From contig CM000154.2 of NCBI GenBank assembly GCA_000004695.1, positions 1,440,001-1,504,000 of the forward strand: a DNA stretch of 64,000 nt. Reading direction: 5' to 3'. Shown here one piece after another: positions 1 through 13,990 of the stretch. Source of the DNA: Dictyostelium discoideum. Its lineage: Eukaryota. Position 1 is the first letter of the stretch, and each line of letters starts with the position of its first letter. The notes under the pieces are model-generated. The model was not told the origin of the DNA. It saw only the letters and a list, made by a program, of their open reading frames with translations, and searched no databases. A program made the translations under genes and the position numbers.

Positions 1-3000
1 GTAGTTGGAGTTGTTGGAGTTGTTGGAGTAGTTGGAGTTGAAATTGAGGTTGGTGATAGATTTGTTGGAGTTGGTGTTTTTAAGATTGGTACTGGATTTG
101 GTGCTGGTGGTTTTTGAGAAGAAATTAATGTTGGCTTTGGTGTAATATTTGGTTTCATTGCAGTTGGAACTGATGGTTTTGGTGTAATATTTCCACCAGC
201 TAAGATAGTTTGAACTGTTGGTGTAGTTGCAACTGATGTTGTTGTTGTTGTAGTAGTAGTTGGAACTGATGATACAATAACTGAAGGAGTAGGTGAAGTT
301 GCTATTGGTGTGAAATTTTGAGTTAATTTTCTAACTAGTTGTGGATGAGGTTGAGGTGGTGAGGTTGTACCACTGCCACTACTTATGGTTGAAGATTTTG
401 GTTTTGTTGTTGTTGTTGCACCTGAATTTGAGTTAAAACCAGTAGAGATTGTAGACTTGGCAGAATTTGTTGTTGTTGCAGTTGCAGGATTTAAACCAGA
501 CATTATTAATAATCTTGAATGAATATCAATAAAGGTTGGTCTTTTAAGTGGATCATTTTGCCAACAATCAGTGATTAAAGTGATAAAGTCAGGATGACCA
601 CAAACAGAGTTTTGAGGAATTGTTGGTCTTAGACCGTTAGTGATTTCATCTTCTAATTGATACATAAAAGAGGAATGAGCGACAGGATATTCATCAAATG
701 GAAGTAAACCAGTTAAAATTTCCCATAGTACAATACCGAAACTGTAGACATCAGCCTTTTCAGTATACTCATCACCCCTCATGATTTCAGGAGATAACCA
801 AATTGGATTCGAAAGTTTATCACGACCGAGGGCACTTGTAACGACAGCTCTAGTTTCACCAAAATCAGAGACCTTGCAAACCACAGCAGCATTCATATCG
901 GAAAGCATTAAAATATTTGGGGATTTCAAATCACGATGACAAATCTTTGGAGTGAAACCATGCATATGTTTAATGGCATCGGCAATGTTGATTGCGATTT
1001 TCAATTTCAATTGCCAAGTGATTGAGGAGAAACTCTTTCTTAGATGACTATACAATGTTCCATTTGGTATGTACTCCATAACGATACAACATGGATCCAA
1101 ACAATAACCTTTCAAAGAAACTATACTTGGATGAGTTAGGGTGTTTGATAACCAAACTTCACGTCTAAATTCACGATAAATTTCAGAGGCAGCTTCAGCT
1201 TGGCCACTATCAATTGTGATTTGTTTAATTGCCACAAGTTGACCACGAAGTTTGCCTTTGTAAACTATACCAAAACCACCTTCACCAACTTTTTCAATGA
1301 TTTCAAGATCTTTATATTCTAGGGTAAAGTTTGGACCAATATCAGACATCATTAATTCAGGTACGAGTGAATCTAAACGAACTATAGTCTCTTCACCAGT
1401 GATGGAACTACGACAAACAACCTCGAATTTCTTTGATAAGAAGATACGTTCAATCTCTTCATATAAAAACATTGTACGTAAATCTTGAGTTTTAGAAGGA
1501 CCAAATGAAAGTTGTTGATTAATTAAATGTGAAATTTTTGATAAATCAAGTTGTCTTGATGAAGTGTTTGATAGTGAAGTAGATGAAGAGGAGGAGGAAG
1601 AGGATGAAACAGCAGTGGTCACTATTGAACTACTACTACCACTACCGGTTGTACCATTGATTTTTGGTTTATTAGTATTTCTATAGAGTGTTAAGAATTT
1701 AGAAGGATTCTTCTTTCTCTTTCCTTTTAATGTACCACCAGGTGAAACACTTTCACCATCGTAATAATCTGCAAAATCTAAATCTAAAATATCACCTGAA
1801 GTTTCATTTGATGATGAAGTTGAATCTGGATTTAATAATGGTGGTGATAATAATGATGGAGTTGATGATGAACTTGAAACATTTGAATTTAATGAATTTG
1901 TTGAAATACTACCACTCATTGATGATAATGAACTTGAATGTGTTAATTGTATTTGTGAAGATGATTGTTGTGATGCTAAAGATTGCGATGAAGATGATGT
2001 TGTTGTTGTTGCTGTTGTTGTTGTTGTTGTTGATAATTGTGGTTGTGATGTTGATAATGATGGTTGTGAAGATGTTAATGGTGTTGATAATGATGGTTGT
2101 GAAGATGTTAATGATGATGATGATGATGTTGATGTTGATGGTGATTGTTGTTGTTGATGATGTTGTTGTTGCGACATATTCACAATATTTACATTATTAT
2201 TATTATTACTACTTAAATTTATAGTACTATTAATAATATTAATTGAACCAATATTTGAAATTAAAATTGAATTACAATTGATACAATTACAAGGTACCAA
2301 GAAATGGAAATGTAATTTATACCAACCAGATATTAAAACTTCAGCTGTTTCAATTATAAATCTAAGGAGAGAAGCAGGATTTTTACCCCAAGCTTTAAAG
2401 TTAATTTGATTGAATTGTTGAATACTTTCAATTAAACATTGAGAATCATCTTTTTCAACCAAAAGTCCATTCTTCCAAAACTCTTTAACCGTAGTGAAAT
2501 GCATTGTTCTTATCATTAGTTTTGAAAAGAAACCAATTGGTAAGAATTCAAATTGATAAATTCTCTCTAAAAATGGTTGTTGTTGTTGACTCTTTAATAG
2601 AATTTGATCATAAAGTTTTTCAATTGAATTTGGTCTTTCTTCACTCAACAATATTGGTACTAAATGTTTTGTGCTACTCTTTGGAACTAATGTTATTGAA
2701 TCTGAGAAATTATTACTACTAGTATTTGGTGATGGTGTAGTAGAATTTGATGGTGATGTTGATTGATCATTGATTTTCTTTATAATACTTAATGAAGAAC
2801 CCTTTGAAATTGAACCATTACCAAATCTTGAAACATTTAATAATGATGTTGTATTTGTTGTACTATTAGTTCTATGTAAAGTTTTATTACCATTTGTTGT
2901 TGATGATGATGATGTTGATATTGCACTACCACTTGATTTCAAATTTGAACCTGAATTATTTAAAGATTTTTGAGTGGTTGATGGTGATGATGATGATGAT

Positions 3001-6000
3001 GATATGGTTGCTTTTGGATCAGGTAAAGGATGAACAATTTCAAACTTTTGTAAAATTGCTAATAAAACATGATGAAGATGTTGAGGGAAATCAGGTGGTT
3101 TCCAAATTTGATGAAGATTTGATTGATCTAGTACACCAGATTGTACGAAATTAGGTTTACTAGTGATAATGGTAGCCATAAGACGTGTTAACCAAGGGGG
3201 ATCAATGAAAATGAATTGATCAAGACCACTCTTTGGATCATCGAAATAAACGATTACACCCAATTCCTTTAAGAAATCAGCGGCAGCGGTGATTGAAGTT
3301 TGAGGGATACCACAAGAGATAGCCATTTCAGTGAATTCCGATAGGGTAATGATTGGTGGTGTATTCATTTCTCTTTCACTTAGGATTAAATTCTCCAATT
3401 GGAAATAACTTCTACTGAATAGATCACCCAATTTCTTTTCAGCTTTACCCAATTTGACGATATGATTCTGAAGTTTATTGATGTTTTTACCAGATTTACA
3501 ACTTACAGGTAAAAAGAATTTAACGTTTGGAAACTTTGTAAAATATTTACTGTGAATATCTTGAGTGATTTGATTGACATCTACACCATTTGGTAAATCA
3601 TCTAAATGAGTACCCACCAAGATAACTGGAGAATTACCACCAAACGCCTCGATACATTGTAACCAATAGGGTACACGTGATGTTTCATCAGGATTGTAGA
3701 CAGACATATCGAAAACCACAATGAAAACTGAACGACTACTAATAAAGAATTGATGAGTTGAATAGTAAACTTCTTGACCAGCAAAATCCCAAATTGAAAA
3801 AGTCACTGGTGGGGATTGATCCTCAGAGGGTGGTCTCCAATCGTCCATGTTGATACCATCAGTTGAGATATTTAAAGAGGTATTCAATGGGTTAATCGAT
3901 TGTGGGGCATTGAAATCAATTGAACCATTTGCTTCGGTTAGTGTTGGAGTTTTACTCTTCTTAGTGCCCAAACCAATGGTTTGACGTAACTTTTTACCCA
4001 CTGGTATAATCTCTTTCTTTAAACATTTTGCAATACTAGTTTTACCGACATTCTCTTGACCAACCAACATTAACTTCATACGCATACATGGTTTCTCCTT
4101 TGTTGATGCCAATTTCAAGTATTTCAAAATTCCAATTAAATCATCACCACTCAATACATCTGGTATTGAGATTTTAGCATTCGAAGCGCCATCGAATGAA
4201 ATTGGATTACCCGTTATATTTAAAACCTTTAGAGTTGTCAATTGTGATAATTGCCAAGGCAATGACTCTATGGCGTTATTTGATAGATTTAGAGTTTGCA
4301 ATGAAGAAAGTTTACCAATTTGTGGTGGTAAATCTTTGATACGATTATTTGTTAAATCCAATTCAATCAATGATGAAATTGAGCCAATTTCAATGGGTAA
4401 TGCTGATAGACCACAATCTGATAGATCCAATTTCGTGGCTTTTATAGCGATTGCTTCATAAATTCTTTGTTTAATTGGATGAAAACATGGTGAACCTGCA
4501 ATTGAAAATGATTCTAAACTCTTTAAACGTGTAAATATCTCAATTGGTAAACGATTGAAATAATTTCTTTGCATCATCAATACCTTTAGATTAACCAATT
4601 GTGATAAACTATTAACATTTATAGTTTCAATGAAATTGAAACTAATATCCAAATGATTCAATTTACATAGTGTACCAAGTTCAATTGGTAACGATGATAA
4701 ATTATTATGAGAAACATTTAAAAGTTTCAATTCTTTCATCTCTGAAATTTCACTTGGTAATGATGACAATTGATTATTTGATAAATCTAAAATTTGTAAA
4801 TTCTTTAATTCCTTTAAAATTGAAACTGGTATACTACTAATACAATTATGATCTAAATATAATTCTTTTAAATCTGAAATTCTTCTACTATCCAATGATA
4901 ACATATTTAATTTATTTAAAAGTTGTAATGAAATTTCTGAATAATCACATGATCCTAAATCTAATAATCCTTTATTATTATTTATTATTGTTGAACTTGT
5001 TGTTGAAGTTGAAGTTGATGGTGTTGTTGATTTTTGATTAACTTGTAATTGTTTTTTCTTTTTATCTAAACGATTTGTAACTGAAATTGCTTTTAATTTT
5101 ATACGATCACTATATTCTGGTGGTATTGATGGTAAAGTTATTCTTGATAAAACTGTACTATGACAAGAAACCCATTGATCAATGATTTCAGCACCCATTG
5201 ATTGAGTGATATTATTATCTTCTAAAAATAAGGCATTTAAAGTTTGATTAAATTTTAAAAGTTTTGAAATATGTTTTGCACCAGTATCTGTGATTTGATT
5301 CTGAGTTAAAATGACCACGGTAATTGATGGATGTGATAGAATACCATCAATCAAAGATATCAGACCTTTATCGGCTATTGTATTCTCGCTTAAATCCATT
5401 TGAATCAATGAATGATTATAACGTAACATATCACCCAATGCAACTGCACATGGATCATTGATTGAATTTTGAGATAATGTTAAATGAGTGATACTCTTAT
5501 TCAATGACATCATACCCAATGTCATTTGCATATACTTATCATTCATTGTCAATGGTATGAAAATTAATTGATTTACAAAATGTGTTGATGCCAATGCCGC
5601 AAACAATGGTTTTGGATCTGATATTTTCAACATTTGTGAAGTTAATTCAACCTTTGGTCTTTGACCACTAATTATCATTTTACAAAATAATGCAATATCT
5701 TTTGCATCTTCAAATTCATCTGGACCATCATCATTATTACTACCGTTATTATTACCGTTATTATTATTATTAAAATCATCAATTCCGCCTAAACCAATTG
5801 TACTATTTCTACCACCTGCTACAGTTGAGGAATAAGAATTGGTTAAATTATTTTGATTTTGATTTTGATTTTGATTTGATTTTAAAGAAGCTTGAGATAA
5901 AACTTGAAACCAAGTTGATTTCTCTTTTTCTGATGAAGTCATATAAAATATTGAAGATTCTTTAGTTTTAATTTGAAAACCTTTTCTATATTCAAATCCT

Positions 6001-6981
6001 AACTCTGGATCATCAACTTGAATATTTACAATTCTCTCCAACTTTTTCAATAAATAAAATGAACCATCATATGCCATCATTGTATTATTATTAATTGTAC
6101 TTGTATCTTCAATCTTTTCTGTAAATAATATTATATCTGAAAATAAAAATGTATAATATGAAATTCTTTGATTATTAAATTGTTCAATTAAAATACCTTC
6201 TTTTAAAAATTTTCTATTTTGAACAATATCTGAACTCTAAAAAAAATAAAAAAAAATTAATGTTAATAAATAATGGAAAAAATATAAATTTTTAAAAAAA
6301 AAAAAAAAAACACAACTTACATTAAATAAACCAATTGTTGGTGATTTAATTGATTTTGAAATTGAGATAACTTTGTTAATGTTTACAGATTCATTTACAA
6401 TATCTTTAACAACTTGAACAATTTGTTTATATAAATTATTGTATGGTTTATAATCTGGATTTAATACTGCTATTGAATCAATTAAAGATTTAAAGAATTG
6501 ATGAAATCTTGCCAAAAAATGAATTGGTAATATTAAAAGTGATGCTAAATTACTATAAGTATATTCCTGTGTGAATTTACCTGTTACACTATTACTATTA
6601 TTTATACCACTACTACCACCACCACTATTATTATTATTATTATTACTGTTAGCGCTATTTATTCCAGTAAATGTATGACCAGTTCTTCTTAATGTAACAG
6701 CTGGGAAAGAACTACCACTACTATTATTTGTTGATTGTGATGTAGTTTGATCATATTGTGAACCTAGAATCTCTGAAAGTGATACAGGTTTAACACAAGA
6801 TGATGATGATGAAGTTGGAACTAATGGTGCCAATGAATACTTGTGTTCATTAACTAACTTGCTCTCTGCATTATTTATAAAACTTTCAAATCTTTGATTA
6901 TCAAACATTAATAAACATAAACTACTTAAACTATAATTATATTGTAATCCATAAACTTTATATAATTTTAAATATCCAACC

Positions 6982-7031
<50 letters not shown>

Positions 7032-8036
7032 TGAAAATGAAAATGAAAATATTAATATATAAATTTTTTAATTAAATTAAAAAAAGTAATTTGTAATACA
7101 AACAAATTGTAAAAATGTTGAATGTAATTGCGCTTGAGTAGTTGAATTCCAATTACTAATATATTTTTTAAAGTCAATGAGAATTGTTTGTTGAAATGAT
7201 GAAATTGATTCAATTAAAGAGAAAATTGCCTTTAATTCCTCTTGTGATAATAAATCTGCTTTCTTTAATGGTTGATAAAACACATCCAATATCACTTTAA
7301 TTGCATCGCTACATCCTTGAAGTGATTTCATAAATCCTTCAACTAATTTCCTTCTATTCTCGTCAACTGGTGATTCATTAATTGAGTCCTCTTTATTATC
7401 TTTATCTTTTTCTTTTTCTTTTTCTTTTCTATTTTTTGGTGAATGTTCATTACTTATATCTTTACCACTTGCATTATTATTACCGCCGCTATCTAATGAA
7501 GTTACATTTATTTTTACAGTTTCTTTATTATTCGATGATGATACATTACTTCCAGTAGTATTGGAAGTTTTATTATTATTATTTATATTATTATTACTAG
7601 TATTGTTATTTTGTACAGATACCAATGAAGGTATATTATTTGATGATGTTGTTGTTGTAGTTGTGGTTGTAGTTGATGTATTCGTTACCCAGAAATCCAT
7701 TGCTTTTTTATGATTCTCTTGTGTCGTTGGATTTAATAAAATTGCATTTGCTTCTGCTGTGGATTGTGCTGATACTGATGAAGGTGGTGGTGGTGGAGGT
7801 GGTGTTGGTTCTGTTAAGTTACCAACCCATCCACCTACAATACTAAATAGACCGCCATCCTTTTCTTTATCCTTTTCCTTTTCCTTTTCTTTTTCTTTCT
7901 TTTCCTTCTTTTCTTTTTCTTTTTTCTCTTTATCTTTTTTCTCTTTTTTTTCAGATTTATCTTTTTTCTCTTTATCTTTTTTCTCTTCTTTATCCTTTTT
8001 CTCTTTATCTTTTTTCTCTTTTTTAATTACTTCCAT
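1..8036 (-). CDS. ROCO-family kinase, 5' partial in window, architecture K/E-rich N-terminus - RhoGEF(DH) - PH - RanGAP-like LRR - LRR - Roc GTPase - COR - protein kinase - S/T/P-rich tail; resembles a RhoGEF-containing Dictyostelium Roco (Roco5-like)
   Basis: Hand translation of the minus strand. Exon 1 is 7104..8036 (ATG at 8036; MEVIKKEKKDKEKK..., DH start RRKLVEGFMKSLQGCSDAIKVILDVFYQPL). Intron 1 has a GTTTGT donor and contains a (TAA)n tract. Exon 2 is 6321..6980 (DH continuation YLKLYKVYGLQYNYS...GLFN, then GTAAGT). Exon 3 runs from 6236 down past position 1. It encodes a PH-like segment (KEGILIEQFNNQRISYYTFLFSDIILFTEK) and LRRs at about 4100-5700. The Roc domain lies at about 3190-4090 (LMLVGQENVGKTS, WDFAGQE, LVGTHLDD), the COR region at about 2250-3190, poly-Q/H at about 1950-2200, and the kinase domain at about 540-1500 (VAIK, HRDLKSPNIL, DFG, SPE, DVYSFGIVLWE). 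The reading frame stays open through position 1, so the C-terminus lies outside the window. The ORF track shows no long ORF here only because the ORF runs off the window edge. Confidence 0.8.
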
Positions 8037-9134
8037 TTTTTTATTTATTTATTTAACACACACACAAACACACACAATAAAGAGGGAGAGGAAAAAAAAA
8101 TTTTAAATGAATTATTTATAAACAAAAGTATATATAGTATTTATAAAACTATATAAATAATAAAAAAAAAAAAAAAAAATTATAAAAACTAAATGTAAAT
8201 ATATGTTTTTTTTTTTTTTTTGGTTTTTTTTTTGGTTTTTTTTGGGTTGTTTTTTTTTTTTTTTTTTTTGGGTTGTGTTTTTTTTTTTTTTTTTTATATT
8301 TTTTTTTTTTATATTTTTTTTTTTTTTTTTGGTAATCCTTTTTTTTTTTTGTGTGATTGGAATGAAAATTGGTGATTAAAAAAAAAAAAAAAAATTGGTC
8401 AAGACTGTGAGTTTTTAAAAAAAAAAAAAAAATAAATAAAAATAAATAACAATTAAATTTAATTAAATATTTTTTTAATAATTATTTTTGTTTTTTGTTT
8501 TTTGTTTTTTGTTTTTTTGGTGTGTTTTTTGAGTGGTTTGTGTAAAACACAAGTGAGTGTTTTATTTTTTTTGTGATTATTAATAGATTTGGTTGTCACG
8601 ATGTGTTTTTTTATTATTTTTTTTTATTTATTTTTACTCTTTGTAGGAAAATTAAATAAATAATATAAATACAACAATAATGATATAAATACAGATGAAT
8701 ACAGATAGAATAAATATTGTTTTTTTTTTTTATTATTATTATTATTTTTTTTTTTTTACTTTATTTTATTTACTTATTTATTTTATTTTTATTTTATTTT
8801 TATTTTTTTATGATATTAATTGGTGATATTATTTTTTGTGATATCATACACAACAATTGTTTTTTTATTTTTTTTTAATAAAAAAAAAAAAAAATAATAA
8901 AATAAAAAAAAATAAAATAATAAATAAAAATAAAAAATTATAAAAACACAATAAATTTCTTTTTTTGTTCTAAAATAATAATAGAAAATGATATATTTTT
9001 AAAAAAAAAAAACAAAACAAAAAAAAAAAAAAAAAAAAAAGTTTTTTTTTTAATTATTATTTTTTTATTTTTTTTTTTTTTTTTTTTCTAAATCCTCTAA
9101 ATAAAGGGGTAGCAACATTAAAAATTTAAAAAAA

Positions 9135-9173
<39 letters not shown>

Positions 9174-9962
9174 AAAACGATTTTTTCTAAAATTTTTATT
9201 TTTATTTTTTATTTTTTTTTTTTTTTTTAAAAATATTATTATAATCAATGAAAATATCTGTCTAAAAATCGAAAATAGAAACTTTTTTTTAAGATAATCA
9301 TTTTAAAACATTCATATGCAAAACCAACAACAAACAAATGGGTTATAATATAAAAAACCACTTAGGTAATATTTTTTTATTTTTTTTATTTTTTTTATTT
9401 TTTTATTTTTTTTTTTTTTAAAGTATGAATCCATTGCTCTATGAAGTGAACAAATGTTGTTTTTATTTTTTTGTTTTGTTTTCATTTTTTTTTTTTAACT
9501 TTTTTTTTTTTTTAACTTTTTTTTTTTTTTTTTCAAAGATATAACCTTTCCAAATTACTAACACCAAGATTTCGAGTAACAAATTCAACCACTATTCCAA
9601 ATTTTCTTTTTTTTTTTGGATTATATGCTGAATCAAATAAACCTTCACAATTGTCAAAGTTGGATTTCCAATTATGAAATTTTTAAAAAATAAAAATTAA
9701 AAAAAAAAAAAAGTAAAATACTAAAAATAAAGACTTAAAAATAAAATTATATTAAATACTCACCAGTTCATTGAATTATTAAAAAGGTTGGAAAAAAAAA
9801 AAAAAATTACATAAATAAATATCTTTCTCAAAGCCGAGATTTTAATTTCAAAAAAAAAAAAAAAAAAAAAAAGTCAACCAATTTTTTTTTTTTTTAATCG
9901 AATCGCCATCTTATCGATATTTTTTTTGAAAAATAATAATTATCAAATAACACGTGTTGTTT

Positions 9963-9997
<35 letters not shown>

Positions 9998-10185
9998 AAA
10001 CTTGGAAAAATTAAATGTCATAAAAAATTAAATAATAGTCACAAAAAAAATATATTTCCACTTTTGGTTTTGTTTTAATAAATAATTTATTTTTATTATT
10101 AAAAAGGGGGTAAATCAAATGATTTTACTTTTTTTTTTTTTTTTTTTTACTTTTTTACTTTTTTACTTTTTTTTTTTTTTTTTTT

Positions 10186-10722
10186 TTTTGATTTATTGAT
10201 AACCATTTCCAAGTTGACAATTGTCACCCCAATAACCAAAGTCACAAACACAACGACCAGCACCACAATAACCTCTATTTGAGCAATTTGTTGGACAATT
10301 TGCAGGAGTGGTTGGTCTAATAACATATTCATAGGAGTTTGGAGAAAACCAAGTATAACCAGCTTGAGTGATTGAAATATCCTTTACACCATACCAGCAC
10401 CAATATTACATTTAATTTGATCAGTAGTAACAAGGGTTGGAGTACAAGTTTGACTTCCAATTAAGATAGAAATTGGAGAATTTGCTGTGAACCAACCATA
10501 GAAAATCACTTCACCACCGTCAGTGTATGATGGGAAAATTGAATAAACTTGGATTTTTTTAGTTGAGCAATCATTTCCAGTCCATTGATTAGTGCATGTA
10601 CATTGGTTATTTGAATTACAGGTACCACCATTTAAACAGCCATTTCCACATGTTCCTGCAATACAATTATTTATAAAAATTATAGAAATTAAAATTAAAA
10701 TTATTAAAAGAGTTTTTTTCAT
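10186..10722 (-). pseudogene. Secreted Cys-rich protein (signal peptide - EGF-like - IPT/TIG-like beta-sandwich - EGF-like) with an internal +1 frameshift; possible pseudogene or sequence error
   Basis: The ORF 10384..10722 gives MKKTLLIILILISIIFINNCIAG (signal peptide), then CGNGCLNGGTCNSNNQCTCTNQWTGNDC (EGF-like), ending ...DQIKCNIGAGMV*. Downstream, the +1 frame of the same strand continues a protein-like sequence (YGVKDISITQAGYTWFSPNSYEYVIRPTTPANCPTNCSNRGYCGAGRCVCDFGYWGDNCQLGNGYQ*) with a second EGF-like motif and a stop at about 10186. No plausible intron is present: the only GT..AG pair would be about 23 nt. Confidence 0.5.
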
Positions 10723-10805
10723 TTTTTTTTTTAAATTTATTTATTTAATATCCTAATTTATTTAATTAATTTTTTTAAAAAATAAAAAAAAGAATCTATT
10801 TAAAT

Positions 10806-10840
<35 letters not shown>

Positions 10841-11131
10841 CAATTTTTGATTATATTTTTTTTTTAATTTTATTTATTTTTTTTTTTAATCAAGTTGATT
10901 AATTTTATCTTTATTTGAAATTTTCAAAACTACAATAAATCATTTTTTATTGTAAGTTTGAAAATTATATATTGGAAAAAACAAGAAAAAAAACATTTTA
11001 TATTAAATTGCCGAGATTTTAATATCATTGAGCTCGGAATCTATACAATTTTTTTTTTTTTTAAAAAAAAACACCCAAAATTTAAAATCAATCTTTTTGG
11101 AAATCAATGGTCATTTTTTATATTATAAAAT

Positions 11132-11162
<31 letters not shown>

Positions 11163-12225
11163 TTATTTTATTTAACTTAATAAAAACAAATTTTTTTTTT
11201 TTTTTTATATAGTCGATCAGTTGAAAATTTGATTAAACTATATTAAAAAAATTCTCTTTAAAAACAAATAAAAAAAATTAAAAATAAAAAAGGAAAAAGA
11301 GGAGGTAATAAAATTTGATTACCAAAAAAAAAAAAAAAAAAATATAACAAAATAAAAAAAATAAAATAGTATAAAAAAATATAATAAAATAAAAATAAAA
11401 AAAAAAAATAAAAAAAATCAATACACTTTTTTATTTTTACTCTATATTTTTTTTTTTTTTTTTTTTATTTTTATTTTTATTTTTTTTCTTTATTTTTACC
11501 TTTTATGGACGAAGAAGAAATTAGAATGAGGTTTGGTTTTAAAATGAAAAAAAAAAAAAAGCCAAATTTTGAATTTGAAAAAAACTTTTTTTTTTTTTTT
11601 TTTTTTGAATTTTTTTTTTTTTTTTTTTTTTTTATTTTATTTATTTATATAAAACAAAAATATCGATCTGATAACAATTTTAAAGTAAAGTTGTGGAGGG
11701 TGTAGGTACAACGAATCTTATTTAAAAAAAATAAATAAAAAAATAATTAAAATAAAATAAAAAATAAAATAAAAAAAACACAAGCCCTGGTTATACTTTT
11801 TTTTTGTTTTTTTTTGTTTTTTTTTGAATTTCAAACAAAATTAAACAGAGAAATTATTATCTATATATCTAAATTTTAAAATAAAAAAATAAAATTCAAA
11901 AAATAGATATAAAAAGTAAATCAATAAAGATAATAATTGCAGTAATAAATTAAAAAATAAAAAAAAAAAAAAAAAAAAGTAAAAAAAAGAATATAGATAA
12001 AAGATAATAAAAGTGAAAAAAAAAAAAATAAAAAAAATAAAAAAAATAAATAAAAAAAATAATAATCATTATATATACATACGTGAATATATATTTATAT
12101 ATATATATATATTTTTTGTTGTTGTAAAATGTTTTTGTGTGTTTTTGTGGGAAGTGTAACGGATATAAAAATTTTTATGTGATTTTTTTTTTTAATTTTG
12201 TTATTTTATTTTTTAATTTTTTTTT

Positions 12226-12262
<37 letters not shown>

Positions 12263-12515
12263 TGTCAACGTATATATATATAAACATAATATCGATTATT
12301 TTATATTAAAACAAACTTACCACTTTCTAATTTTTTTTATTTATTTAAAAGTAGTTTAATATTAAGAGAGAGAGAAAAAAAAAAAAAAAAAAAAAAAGAG
12401 AGAAGAGAAAAAAAAAAAACAAATTATAATATACCATATAAAATACTAAATAGTATAAAAGAAATACTTGATTCAAGAGAGAAGAAAGAAAAAAAAAAAA
12501 AAAAAAAAAAAAGAA

Positions 12516-12624
12516 ATGGTATTAACTTCAAAACAAAAGGAGGAATTGTATGTTTTTTTTTTTTTTTAAATTTTTTTTTTTTCAAATTTTATATATACAT
12601 ATTTATATTAATAAAAAATTTATG

Positions 12625-12655
<31 letters not shown>

Positions 12656-13990
12656 TAATAAAGGAATGGATCAATTTTAGATTATTTTGAATCATCACAA
12701 TATAAATCAAGTTTTGAAGAATTTAAAAAAGAAACAGGTACAGAGTTAGATGTTAAAAAGAAAGGATTATTAGAGAAGAAATGGACATCAGTTATTAGAT
12801 TACAGAAAAAGGTATTAGATTTAGAGGCAAAGGTAGCACAATTGGAAGAAGAATTAAATAGTGGAGGAGGTAGAGGAGGTGGTAGAGGTAGAGGTAAAGA
12901 GGATGCATTACCAAGGCCACCAGAGAAACACATATTAACAGGACACAGAAATTGTATCAACAGTGTTAAATTTCATCCATCATTTTCACTGATGGTATCA
13001 GCATCAGAGGATGCAACCATCAAAGTTTGGGATTTCGAGAGTGGAGAGTTTGAACGTACCCTAAAGGGTCATACAAATGCGGTACAAGATATAGATTTCG
13101 ATAAAACTGGTAATTTATTGGCCTCTTGTTCGGCCGATCTCACCATTAAACTATGGGATTTTCAAACATACGATTGCGTTAAAACCTTACATGGTCATGA
13201 TCACAATGTAAGTTGTGTTCGTTTCACCCCATCAGGTGATCAATTGATCTCATCGAGTAGAGATAAAACCATAAAGGTTTGGGAAGCAGCCACCGGTTAT
13301 TGCATTAAAACTTTGGTAGGTCATGAGGATTGGGTTAGAAAAATTACAGTTTCAGAGGATGGCAGTTGTATAGCTTCTTGTTCAAACGATCAAACCATTA
13401 AAACTTGGAATATTGTTAAAGGTGAATGTCTTGCAACTTACAGAGAACATAGTCATGTTGTTGAATGTTTAGCTTTTTCAACTGCAAACATTATAGATAT
13501 ACCAGGTTCTCTCCTATCAACCCCCGAAGGTAAATCAAAAGTTAAACAAGGTCCTGGTGGTAATTTAGTTGGTCAATGTGGTTATTTAGCTACTGGTTCA
13601 AGAGATAAAACTATTAAAATTTGGGAATTGGCTACTGGTCGTTGTTTAGCAACTTATGTAAGTCAATAATTAATTATTAATTATTAAAAAAAAAAAAAAA
13701 AGATCTTTTTTTTAACTAATAATAATAATATTATTTATTAATTTATTTTAAAATAGATTGGTCATGATAATTGGGTTAGGGCTGTAAGATTCCATCCATG
13801 TGGTAAATTTTTATTAAGCGTTGGTGATGATAAAACAATAAGAGTTTGGGATATTGCTCAAGGTAGATGTATCAAAACTATAAATGAAGCTCATACACAT
13901 TTCATATCATGTTTAGATTTTTGTTTACACAATCCGCATATTGCCACAGGTGGAGTTGATGATGTAATAAAAGTTTGGAAATTACAATAA
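12516..13990 (+). CDS. lis1: LIS1 (PAFAH1B1 homologue; LisH + coiled coil + 7 WD40 repeats), 3 exons
   Basis: Structure is join(12516..12547,12664..13657,13757..13990). Exon 1 is [11 protein letters not shown] followed by GTATGT. The exon 2 acceptor is aataaAG|G, giving ...[65 protein letters not shown]..., which matches the human LIS1 N-terminus (ELNRAIADYL...[24 protein letters not shown]). WD repeat motifs ([48 protein letters not shown]) align along human LIS1. Exon 2 ends ...ATY before a GTAAGT donor. Exon 3 is [32 protein letters not shown]...VIKVWKLQ*. Confidence 0.9.

Noticed and set aside
1730-2224. Plus-strand ORF of 164 aa (poly-L/M/V) and similar plus-strand ORFs at 2504..3154, 4270..4461 and 1297..1488
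   Set aside because: They lie antisense to the ROCO kinase coding sequence and translate (GTT/ATG)n-type repeats. They have no protein-like composition.
7759-8106. Plus-strand ORF encoding (FS)n
   Set aside because: It is the antisense frame of the (K/E)n-encoding (AAG/GAA)n tract of ROCO exon 1.
10384-10400. A 23-nt GTAAAG...AG intron to rescue the frameshift in the EGF/IPT gene
   Set aside because: It is far shorter than any plausible spliceosomal intron, so I treated the break as a frameshift.
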